Of a stretch of DNA of 64,000 nucleotides, positions 1-10,478 are shown piece after piece; the first letter of the stretch is position 1, and every line of letters starts with the position of its first letter. The notes beneath the pieces are model-generated. The model ran no database searches, was not told the DNA's origin, and was given only the letters and a program-made list of their open reading frames with translations. The DNA comes from Antechinus flavipes (Eukaryota), in assembly GCF_016432865.1 (NCBI RefSeq), contig NC_067400.1, positions 538,904,001 through 538,968,000 on the forward strand, written 5' to 3'. The translations under genes were made by a program, and so were the position numbers.

Positions 1-119
1 AATCTTTCACAATAAAATTCATAATTTCATAATATCCCATGGGGGGTGCGTGTAATTTGTTTTTAAATGTTCTGCAGAAACTCTTTTCCTAGCAGATAAT
101 TGCAAAACATTTTTTTCAG

Positions 120-590
120 CAAGTGTCTCTGAAAGTCTTCATTTCTCAAATATATGGAGAAACTCAAGTTTATAAAAAATACAAGCTATTTCCCTGATGA
201 TAAATGATCAAAAGATATGAACAGGCAATTCAGATGAAGAAATCAAGTTTATCTATAGTCATACCAAAAATAAATGCTATCAATCACTCTTAATTAGAGA
301 AATGAAAATTAAAACAATTAACCTATTAGATTGATTAAAATGACAGAAAAGGAAAATGATAAATTTTGGAAAGAATTTGAGAAAATTGGAAAACTCTTCA
401 TTATCATTGGAGTTGTAAACTGAACTAAACCATTCTAAAATCCATTTTGGAATTGTAACTTAAGGGCAATGAAATGGTAAAACATCCTTTGATCCAGCAA
501 TACCACTATTAGGCCTGTATCCCAAAAAGATTTTAAAGAGGGGGATGGGGCAGAGAAGACAAATGTGCACCAAAAAATATTTATATTGCC
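120..590 (+). mobile_element. Decayed L1 ORF2 3' fragment
   Basis: aagatatgaacaggcaattc..., gatccagcaataccacta... motifs typical of the marsupial L1 ORF2 end; boundaries approximate. Confidence 0.8.
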
Positions 591-770
591 TCTTTTAGTA
601 GTGGTAAAAAATTGGAAATTGCTAGGATATTTTAACTTTTTTGTGTTTTTTTTTTCCTTTTTAGTCTGTTTATTTTCTATATGTCTAGGATGGAACTATG
701 ATTACACAAACAAAACCCGTATTAAAATCCTTACTATTTTAGGAAGAGAAGAAAAATTTGAAACTCAAAA

Positions 771-1700
771 TTTTGTAAAAAATGAATTTCAAAAATTATC
801 TTTACATATGGAAAAAATAAAATGTTATTTTTAAAAAGTTTATATATATTGTTATTATATCCTGTTAATAATAATTGATACTTCTTTAACAGAAACTTAC
901 TCTTCCCTATGAACTAGAGCCAAACTATCTTTTTAGAAGCCTTTCCAGTTTTGTAAAATGAATTTTAAAAATTATCCTTACATATTGTGGTATATGAACA
1001 TTATGGTATATTATTGTTCCGTAAGAAATGATCAGCAGGATGAATACAGAGAGGATTGGCGAGACTTACATGAACTGATGCTAAGTGAAATGAGCAGAAC
1101 CAGGAGATCATTATATACTTCAACAATGATACTATATGAGAATGTATTCTGATGGAAGTGGATCTCTTCGATAAAGAGATCTAATTCAGTTTCAATTGAT
1201 CAAGGATGGACAGAAGCAGCTACACCCAGCTACACTGGGAAATGAATATAAACTGCTTGCATTTTTGTTTTTCTTCCCGGGTTATTTATACCTTCTGAAT
1301 CCAATTTACCCTGTGCAACAAGAGAACTGTTCGGTTCTGCACACAAATATTGCATCTAGGATATATTGTAACCTATTTAACATGTAAAGGACTGCTTACC
1401 ATCTGGGGGAGGGTTTGGAGGGAGGGAGGGGAAAAATCGGAACAGAAGTGAGTGCAAGGGATAATGTAAAAAGTTACCCTGGCATGGCTTCTGTCAATAA
1501 AAAGTTATTTAAAAATTTAAAAATAAATAAATAAAATAATTATCCTTACATATGGAAAAAATAAAATGTTATTTTTAAAAAGCTTATATATATATTGTTG
1601 TTATATCCTGTTAATAATAATTTATACTTCTTTGGCAGAAACTTACTCTTCTCCATGAACTAGAGTCAAATTACTTTTTAAGAAGCCTTTTCAATTTCCA
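771..1700. repeat. Tandem ~180-bp duplication, second copy split by the L1 insertion
   Basis: Copy 1 ~771-950; copy 2 ~951-985 plus 1555-1700; shared text ttacatatggaaaaaataaaatgttattttt...agaaacttactctt...agaagccttt. Confidence 0.85.
986..1538 (+). mobile_element. 5'-truncated L1 3' end with A-rich tail and 16-bp TSD
   Basis: L1 3'UTR sequence, AATAAA and A-rich tail; TSD aattatccttacatat at 970-985 and 1539-1554. Confidence 0.92.
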
Positions 1701-3010
1701 GACTATCCCTGAAGTCAACCTGATTTTTTGTTTCTGTATCTTTGGTCATGTAACTTCCTAATGGTTGCCATGTTGATTACCTTCATGAATAAACTTTCCT
1801 CACAGTAGGCAACTCATCTTTCTGATCCTCATAAATCTCTATAGCACATAATAGAGAAAGCATGACATCACATTTCTCTGTCTTACTAGTCTCAAACCAG
1901 CTAAATTCTGGGGAAATCCTTACCCAATGAAGTCATTTGTCCTCATTAAATGCATCTAAGTTGCATAACTGTTACTATATTTGTAACAATCTCCTCACAA
2001 GCAATATGAAATTCATTGTTTACCTACCTAACTATAACTTCCTTTTCTGTATAAGGTTGAAAATATGTCTACTACCTGGAAATGCATCAGAAATATGTCT
2101 TTAAGTTCTACAGTCTTCCTCATCTTCATTGCCCTCCATGTGGTCTAAGATTCAGGGACAAGGGCCTCCTTGCTGTTCCTCAAACAGGATCCTTTATCCA
2201 CAGATTCCTTTATCACTGGAATTCCTCCATTGTTAGGAACTCACTCTGTCCTCATCACTGCCAGATGGGTTCCCAACTTTTTTCCAACTCCACTTAAAAT
2301 CCTCCATTCAACAAGGAATATTTCCCCATCTTTTTTTCATATTAGTCCCTTCCTATTATGATATTCAACTTATCTTGTATATATCTTGATCAAATATGCC
2401 TGTTTTCATGTTTTCTTTCTCATTAGTTTAAGTTCCTTGAGGGCTGGAGGTATTTTTTGCCTTTTGATTTCTCTCCACCCATGATTATAGTACTTAAAAT
2501 ATAGGAAAAGATTAATATGTGTTTACTGATGGACTATTATTAGGGAAGATGATGGTGGAAAGATAATTGGAGTCACTCTTTTCCTAGTACTCTTAAGACA
2601 AATTTGTAATCTTTCATACTATTATATTAGCAAATTCTTTGCTGTTCAAAGCTTATTTGTCAAATGAGTCCTATTAAGTCAATCACTCTCTCCCCGAGAC
2701 CTCAACTTTTTCTGCTTTGATTAGTGAGGGACTCTAAGTCTGAGCAACACAGATCAGAAAGCTCAACCAAGAAGACAGAGATAGATGTCACCTCCAGCAA
2801 GAGACAACTTTTAGACCCAGCACTGGATTTCAGATCAAAAAACATTGATTTGATTCAAATTTCTGAACTCTTGTGACACTCTATAAATCTCAATTTTTCT
2901 TGTTTTTCTTATAAGCCTAATAATGATGGGAGCCTTTTAATGAAAATCAATTGAGATTGGGGATATGCAATATATTATTGCGGGAGATAGATACTTACAT
3001 TCCATGCCAC

Positions 3011-3106
3011 AGCCCAGACCAGAGGTCGCTCCTTCTCTTTTAATAGAATTTTCTGAACTATTATACGATTTCTGCTCAAGACTTCTATTTGCCATCGGAT
3101 CTTCTT
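3011..3106 (-). CDS. TRIM-family gene, second coding exon (96-nt coiled-coil exon): KKIRWQIEVLSRNRIIVQKILLKEKERPLVWA
   Basis: Exactly 96 nt, open, phase 0-0, polypyrimidine tgtttcttttacag acceptor and GT donor. A 96-nt exon after the RING/B-box exon is characteristic of TRIM5/TRIM21/TRIM43/TRIM64-type genes. Confidence 0.8.
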
Positions 3107-3378
3107 CTGTAAAAGAAACAGGAATAAATACTGTTAATAAATGTCTTTTCTTAGCCTGAGTTCTGTGACATAGCAGCTATAGTATATAGTTAGTACTATT
3201 TCATTGATTTGTAGGGAAGTCACAGAAGGAAAGATGCTATGTCCCACTCTGACATAGCTGAGTACTCAGATTCAAGAGACAGACTTATGTAGGAACAACT
3301 AAATTGTACATGGAGAAGTCATTGCCAATGATACCCTAAGTCACCTGGAGGAATATCATTGATTTGTGCAGGACTCAC

Positions 3379-3717
3379 CCTGTAGCACAGAGCAGCCACT
3401 GGAATGGGCCAGTGTATGTGATTCTCATGACTTCTTGACTTAGAACAGGTCACACAGAGTAGTGTCTTCTTCCTTTCACAGAATAACTTCAGGTCCTCCC
3501 TGTGTATCTCACACATGCCTTCTCCTTCAGGGTACATGACCATATCAACTCGATTTCTTAGCTGGGAGAATTCCCAGCATATAGTGCAACATAAAGGTGG
3601 AGAGGTATTGTTCCTGAAGCAAGACATACAGATAGTATGTCCACATTCAACTCTGATTAAATTAATGTCTCCTTTCGAGCAATTAATACAGAGACCTTCT
3701 TGTACTTCTTCAGCCAT
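3379..3717 (-). CDS. TRIM-family (RBCC) gene, first coding exon: C3HC4 RING + B-box2 (113 aa)
   Basis: MAEEVQEGL-C10-x2-C13-x11-C25-x-H27-x2-C30-x2-C33-x10-C44-x2-C47 RING; C69-x2-H72-x7-C80...C88-x2-C91-x5-H97-x2-H100 B-box2. Acceptor ctcttcag|GATCATGG (exon starts 3721, strong Kozak) and phase-0 donor AGG|gtgagt at 3378. Confidence 0.88.
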
Positions 3718-4099
3718 GATCCTGAAGAGAAAAAATGAAGCATAGTAAGAATATTTCTACTCCATTGTGGAAGTTTAAAACAAGCACATTTCATGAAACA
3801 CCACAGCAAGCAAAGTAATAATTGATGACACATCTCATAAATTTGGGGCAAAGTCTCCAACAATTATAGACACCATCAGTTGGAAGGATGGCCACAATGT
3901 TGGGTCACCTTGTAGTAACATCTAGTTTTGACCTAGAGTTTGAAGATGTTTCCCATACATTATTCTTTTTGGTCCACACAAAACCCCTATAAAGTACATG
4001 CTATTATCTGCATGGTTGATAGGGAATCTCAAAATAATTATCTAAGTGACTTGTCCAGAGCCACTCAGATACTCCCATTTCCAAGACTAGAAATGTACC

Positions 4100-4718
4100 T
4101 GTGTTGAGGTAATTTTGGTACTCTTACTCAAAACAATCATTATTTATTTGATTTGTTATGATTTGATGAATATCAGCAATTGTATTAGTAAATCAAATAT
4201 GATTAAGTTGTTATTGGGATAAGAATTATGATTAATCCATCATGCATTAATGATTGTATCATATTTATCACCTAGTTTCTTATTAGATAGCAATGTAATC
4301 AGCACATAATTGTTGCATCACTCCCTTCCTTGACTTGGTGACATGCTGTAATAAGATTCATTTGCTTATGCAATAGCCCTCACTATTGTTCACTCCTTAG
4401 TAACTTTTGTTTCAAACCCACAAGTCCCTTAGTCTCTAGGATAGTATAAATCAAACATTGGAGTTTATGACTATTGAAGATCTCATGAATTGTGAAAAGT
4501 CTAGATTTCTCTTAAGATTTCTCCACTTCCAGAACTGATCAAGCAATGAATTGTAATATCTCCTATTTTCATTGCTCTCCCAAGTGTAAAAAAATAGCTA
4601 GCATCCAAGAGAAGGGGTCTTTGATAGTGAGAAAAATCTTGGATTCACTTAATTCAGGATTTCTGGATTCCCCAATAAATTGATTGGGCTTGGAGTTCTC
4701 CATTCCTTTGGTTTCAGA
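4100..4718 (+). mobile_element. Possible solo LTR in intron 1 of the TRIM gene (antisense to it)
   Basis: TG start, internal gtataaaat, AATAAA at ~4675, ends tttca; no TSD confirmed. Confidence 0.35.
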
Positions 4719-5283
4719 TTGGAATTTTCTGGCCTACACTAACTATTCATCACTCAACATTTATTAAGTGCCTACTATGTGGCAAGCAGTGTAACAGAAA
4801 CTTTACAATTCTCATTTGATCAGCCCAATGATCCTGAGAGTTAGGGGATATTATTTCCCTAATTATGCTGCCAAGAAAACTGAAACAAACAGAAGTGAAG
4901 TGACTCACCCAGAATTAAACAGTTAAGTATGTATCTGAGGCTAGATATTGGAATCAGGTCTTCCTGATTCCAGGCCGATTGCTCTACACATTATGCCATT
5001 TGCATAAAAATAATAAATATAATAAGTATTAATAGCAATAAATAGAACATTTGATACAAAGGGAGGGGAAAAAAAGCAAATTTGGAGTCAGAAACTATGT
5101 TCAAATTCTAGTTCTGACACTATCTTTTTGAAGTTGGCCGAGTCATTAAAAAAAAAAATCTCTTCTGGATTCTAATTTCCCTTCATAAATGAGATGATGG
5201 AACTAGATGACCTCTAAGCTTTCCAGCCATACCAGAATTGTAGATCTTCAATAGCAAAGAATTTTCCTCAGAGGGACACTTAC

Positions 5284-5350
5284 CTTGGATATCCTGCCAA
5301 AACTCTGAGCTTCTGGAATCTAGCTTTCCAATGTCTTAAGCCAAAGCAGT
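5284..5350 (-). other. Putative non-coding first exon of the minus-strand TRIM gene (5' end approximate)
   Basis: Ends in consensus donor CCAAG|gtaagt (5283), contains no ATG, starts ~30 nt downstream of a TATA box. Confidence 0.55.
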
Positions 5351-5377
5351 ACACAACACCAGAATGGGATCTGGGGC

Positions 5378-5385
5378 TTATATAT
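5378..5385 (-). promoter_or_regulatory. Candidate TATA box (ATATATAA) of the minus-strand TRIM gene
   Basis: Minus strand reads catatataagcccc, at suitable spacing upstream of the leader exon. Confidence 0.5.
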
Positions 5386-5550
5386 GTTTTCCTCGTACAC
5401 TTCTCCACCCACATAATCAGTGTGAATTACTAGGATGAAATAACTGTGAAATACAAGGTACTTTTTCCTCTCCAAGAAAACCCTTTTTTGATTTTGTTAC
5501 CCTGTTATTCTCTTTTTCCTTCAGATACAGAATGAATCTAGGTGTTCCAC

Positions 5551-5577
5551 TCATCAATCAATCAATCAATCAATCAA
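5551..5577 (+). repeat. (TCAA)n microsatellite
   Basis: tcatcaatcaatcaatcaatcaatcaac. Confidence 0.9.
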
Positions 5578-8530
5578 CTACTTCTTAAATGATGACTAAG
5601 TTTTAGCATTTGTACTATGCCTGGGGAGGGGGGAGATACAGAGCTAGAGAATTGACTTCTGGGAAATTAATTCACCTATCTCTTTAGCACCTAAGAATAA
5701 TTAGGTAGTAATTACCAATTCTGGTCTTTTTAAATTACAGGGTTTTTGTTGTTGTTGTTGTTTAAATCAAGAGTTATCTTATTTATATTTTATTATGATT
5801 TCAAAGACCCAACTATTTGTAGGAACCAGATGTGGTGCAAGTTTTTGGAAGACTAATATACTTTGTGAATAAAAGACTGAGTGATGGGAGTCCATGGTGG
5901 CTCCAGTCTGCCCCAAGAAAAGGCTCTAAAGTTTTGGAATTACATAGGTACTCTCTTATACAACATGAAGGAGATTCTTTATTGTTCAGTTATTATTAAA
6001 TTATTGTCTAACTCTTTGTGACCCTATTTGGAGTTTCCTTAACAAAGATATTGGAGTGGTTTGCCTTTTTTTTTTCCCTCTAGCTCATTTTACAGATGAG
6101 GAAACTAACAGAGTTAGTCACTAGATTTTCATAGCATTGCAAGTAAATTTCTGGAGTCACTTTTGAATTCTGGATGATTCTTTTTGACTCCAACCCAGGC
6201 AATCTATCCACTGTGCCACCTTGCTCAGATTCCCCTTTATTATTGCCTCACCAATCCCCATCTCTGGCCAGCTTCAGATGGATTCCCATCTCCATCCAAA
6301 AGAATATTATGTTTGGAGACCTTTGAGGCTTCCTGAAATCTGTAACCTCTGTCAGGGATGCCCATGGCTGGGCTAGCAAACTATGGACTAACACACCCCA
6401 GAACACATGGATAGGAGGTGGTCAAATTTTGGTCTTTTTTTGGTCCAGAGTAGGGGCACATCTCCTTCAATGCAAACTTGCCCCTGGACCCAGAGTAACC
6501 AGAAGGTCTTCTACTAAAGCTCTTGTACTGTGACCATTTAGACTAATATGAGCCAGATATCATAGCATAGGAGCCAGATCCAATCTGAAAATCACCATCA
6601 GCATTCCAGATGCATTATTGTTATGAGCTGTTCAAGCTACTGGTTCCTAGTGGACTTTCTACAGATGGTGCCAGGATTATTCATGGACAAAGACATTCTC
6701 AGATATTGGGTTATTCAGAGGCGGGGGAGGGGGGAAGGGGGGTAATTGAAGGGACCTTTGGGGTTCCATGATTCCTCAAGGAATGGACTTAGAGGAAATT
6801 TTTATTGTATTATTTAAACCTAGCCCTGATGGGCTAAGACACCAGACCTATACACAGACCAAATTTATTTAATGCTTAACTCAGAAGTTTGGGATTCACT
6901 GACCGGAAATGTTCTGAAAAAGCCAAATCTAATTAATTTAAAGGAGCCTTCTCTCAGCATCATCTCAAACAGCTTATGTGTCTTCTCTGGAAATTGCCTC
7001 CATGCTGGACAGTCAAGTATCATTTCTAGATTTCATTGTTTAAATTCCATATAACATGTAATTTAACCAAACTGAGGATTGTGAGGAGGCTATTTTTGGG
7101 TTTTGGCATTTTTTTCTCTTTCTGGACACATTAATTAAACTTCCTTCTAAATTATTTCAGTCTAGTAGGTTTTGATGTCATTCTCTACCACAACAATTAA
7201 TCAACAAACTTTTCAGAAGTCACCCAGGAAGGAAATTAGGTCCCCTAGGGTGAGTCTTGTTTGCATTGCCTTCCTCCAACCAGCTGGCATTCCAAAATTC
7301 TGCCTCAAGCACTTTCTTCAACCAACATGTGATTCCCTACTCCAGCTCAGCCCTACCAAGAGTTCTCCTTCCCTTTCTGAAAATACTGAGAATACCCAAT
7401 ATTTGGACATGAATGGCAGTAAAACAAAGAAATGGTTCCATGAATCAAATGCCTATCTAGGGACCTGATTTTTAGCTTCCAGGTCAAAGTCATAAACTCT
7501 CAGGTCCATGAAAAGCATAGTGGTATGACACAAAAGTCTAATACTCTAACAGGATGATCTTTAATCCTGATTGTTGGCTGTTTTGAGGGATTTCATTCTT
7601 TACAACTAAGGGACCCCACAATGAGCCTCCATGGATGCTTTAACCCACCCCCTCCTGTAAAAAGCTCTTCTTAACTATCCTAAATTGTCACAGATTGCTA
7701 AACAGAGCTAAAAGAGCATCAAAACCAACTCTAACCCATAAAATGCTGAAGCTGCTATCAGTGAGATGACCAAAAATCTCTTAAGAAAGCCAAATCTCAT
7801 TAATTTAAGGAGGACTTCTCTTTTGGCTTTTGGTTTGGCTCCTGAAGTTATTTGACCTGGTCCTTACCCCCATCCTTACTCCCACCCCTCACTCATGGCT
7901 GCTGGTTATAAGCCCCTAAGCTTTTGTAGAAAACCAGCCTAAGAAATTGCCCAATAATGTTCAGATTTGAAATGTTCATGGTTGTAAGTTAGAACTCCAT
8001 CCTCCTTCCAATTGCCACAACCTCATTTCCCTCAATTAAATCTTAAAGCTTGGCTTGGGACCAAGCAGTAATTCAATAGTCTTATAGGTGTCCCTGCAGT
8101 GTATTCATTAACCTTACTTGCCAAGGCCACATTGCATGATCCATTAGATTGTTAGCTCCTTGAAAGCAAGACATATATCCCAGTAGAATGTGAGTTCATT
8201 GAGATCTGGGATAATGGTTTGGTCTTGGTTGGTGTCCCTAAGGATTTGCACAAAGTCTGACATTAATTAAGTGAGCACTTAATGTGCCTATGAAGAATTA
8301 CTGACTTGTGAATTCATCTCAAATGAGTAAGGTAAATATGAAGATGGGCCTGGGAGATCTAGGCTTTTACTAGTAAGGGAAAGAAAACTTGTGTTTTAAA
8401 ATTTAATTAGTCTGGGAGTTCACACCCTGGAGGTGTAAACTAAGAGGGGTAGGGAAGTGCCTGGGAAATATAATTTAGTGGCAGTTGTGTACTTTCTTTG
8501 AACTAAAATGCTTCCATTAAATGTTTTCAG

Positions 8531-8560
8531 GAGGGACAGATGCTTCCAAAGAGATGAAAG
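8531..8560 (+). other. Candidate 30-nt 5'UTR micro-exon of the plus-strand TRIM copy
   Basis: tgttttcag|GAGGGACAGATGCTTCCAAAGAGATGAAAG|gtaagt; consensus splice sites only. Confidence 0.35.
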
Positions 8561-9518
8561 GTAAGTTTCTCAGCAAATTTCCTTTATTATCAAAAACCCA
8601 AGATGGCAGGTTGGCTGGAAATTTAAAGATTACCTAATCTGGCCACCTCATCTTATAAGTATACATACATATTGAAGCTAAAAGAGATTTAAATGACATG
8701 TGTAAGCAGATAAGAAGTTCAACTAGGATTGGAGCCTCAGCACTTTGACTCCAAATTCTGGTTACTTCCTCTTTAATGTATTGTAGATTGAGAAATTTAA
8801 GGGGAGATCTGAAGTAATGAAGAAGGGGGCTTGATTGTTGTTATTCACTCATGTCTGACTCTTCATGACTATATGTAGGGGTTTTCTTAGTAAAGTTAAT
8901 AAAGTGATTTGCCATTTCCTTCTCCATGTCATTGTAGAGAGGAGGAAATTGAGGCAAACAGGATTAAGTGATTTGCCCAGGGTCACTACTATTTTGGAAG
9001 TTCAAACAGCCCCCATTATCAGAACCCTAATCCACCTACCCTATTTCCATTCTTACATAGAGATAGATGGATTTCTAAGACTGTCTAGCTTGAGAAATGT
9101 CTGGGTTCTGGTCAGTCATGTAGATTCCACCAGGCGCCTCTTCATCATTCCCTGGCCTCTCTCTAGTTCCTCCCCAACTCCTCCCTTCTTCTTCCCCTGA
9201 CTTCCCAGACCCTGCCCTTGATCCTCCTCTTCCCTGAGTCTTTAAAGGTTCCCAAACTCCCAAGATTACAATTTAATCATTTGATTCTGCCTTGCCTCTT
9301 GTCATGTCTGATTGAATCTGTGAGCTATTTCTTTTGACAAATCTCTTTTCTATGATAAATTTCTCACTTAGATGTTTCTGGTCTCTTGAACCACTTTCTC
9401 CTATTCTAACAGCCTAAAATTATGCTTCCCTATTGTATTATTTTCTAATAATCTAAAATTATGCCCTCCCAATCCACTTTAACACAGTGAGGTCAGATTT
9501 GAATGCAGGAAGAGTGAC

Positions 9519-9716
9519 TCCGTGTAGTACAGGGATTCTTAAACTTTTTCCACTTATAACCCCTATTCCTTGAGAAATTTTGACATACTCAGATATATAG
9601 TATATAAAATAAGTACACAAATCAAATATTTGCTGATAATAAATCATACCTTTGCAACCCTCACATACAGTTACACCACCCCATACAGGATTGCAACCCA
9701 CAGTTTAAGAAGTTTG
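9519..9716. mobile_element. hAT/Charlie-type MITE remnant
   Basis: Imperfect terminal inverted repeats cagggattcttaaac ... gtttaagaagtttg; ~200 bp. Confidence 0.55.
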
Positions 9717-10205
9717 CATTGAGGAAAAAATGAGAGGATTGATGCATGTAAATTTTATGTTATTCTACAAGGTGTTTCACTGTTCTTGTTCACCCTACTG
9801 TGGTAAAAAGATCCCCATACATTTACTGCATATTTTCATTGTGTTATGTAATTAAGTCCCCAAAGCATAGTGCAAGTGTCATGGAATCCTCTGAACAGGA
9901 ATATTTTTAATATATATACCATTGTCACAGAACCTTTATAAAAGTACTTTATGACACAAGGAAATTATAAATAGTTTTTGAAGGTAGAAATTCTAAGTAC
10001 AACCTTTACAAATCATTCCTTGAAAAAAATTTAATATTAAGATCACAAGATTTTAGCTTGCAAAATATTTTTTACTGGTACCAAGTATATGTCAGATACA
10101 GTGTAAGTGTTGGGGGTATAGGTCCCATAAAAGCAAAAGAAAAGACTACCCCTGTTTTCTAGGAGCTTAAATTCTAATAGGAATATTATTGTTGTAGTGA
10201 CTTCA

Positions 10206-10447
10206 TGTTGGAATCCTTACAAACTGCTAACTAATTAGAGTTGATCTAATCTTACAAGAAGATGTTTTGGGCAGAACCTGAAACAAGGTACTAAGTAGAA
10301 CTAATTAGTACAATGCTTGTGTTTGCACCTTTACTCATTGGAGTTCACAAGTATGCCAGCTTCACAAAGTAAACTTTGTAACTTTGTGAGTTCACACCTC
10401 CCTTGAAGCTCTTTGGGCCAGAGAGCACTATGGGAGAAAACCCATAA
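10206..10447 (+). mobile_element. Truncated LTR (family B, 5' arm only)
   Basis: Starts tgttggaatcc; homologous to both arms at 30744-31529; flanked by cttca/acttca on both sides. Confidence 0.85.
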
Positions 10448-10478
10448 CTTCAACTATACATACTCTTTGTCTTAATGC

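Noticed and set aside
3319-3378. C-terminal tail VSPAQINDIPPGDLGYHWQ of ORF 3319..3717
   Set aside because: Read-through past the gtgagt donor into intron; the same applies to ORF tails at 11566-11607, 55329-55339 and 62570-62604.
3515-3745. Plus-strand 76-aa ORF, and 55399..55581 and 38270..38494
   Set aside because: Antisense shadows of real coding exons; no independent support.
5551-5577. (TCAA)n as DUX-type binding array upstream of the TRIM promoter
   Set aside because: Lacks the TAA start of the DUX4 consensus TAAYYYAATCA; most simply a microsatellite.
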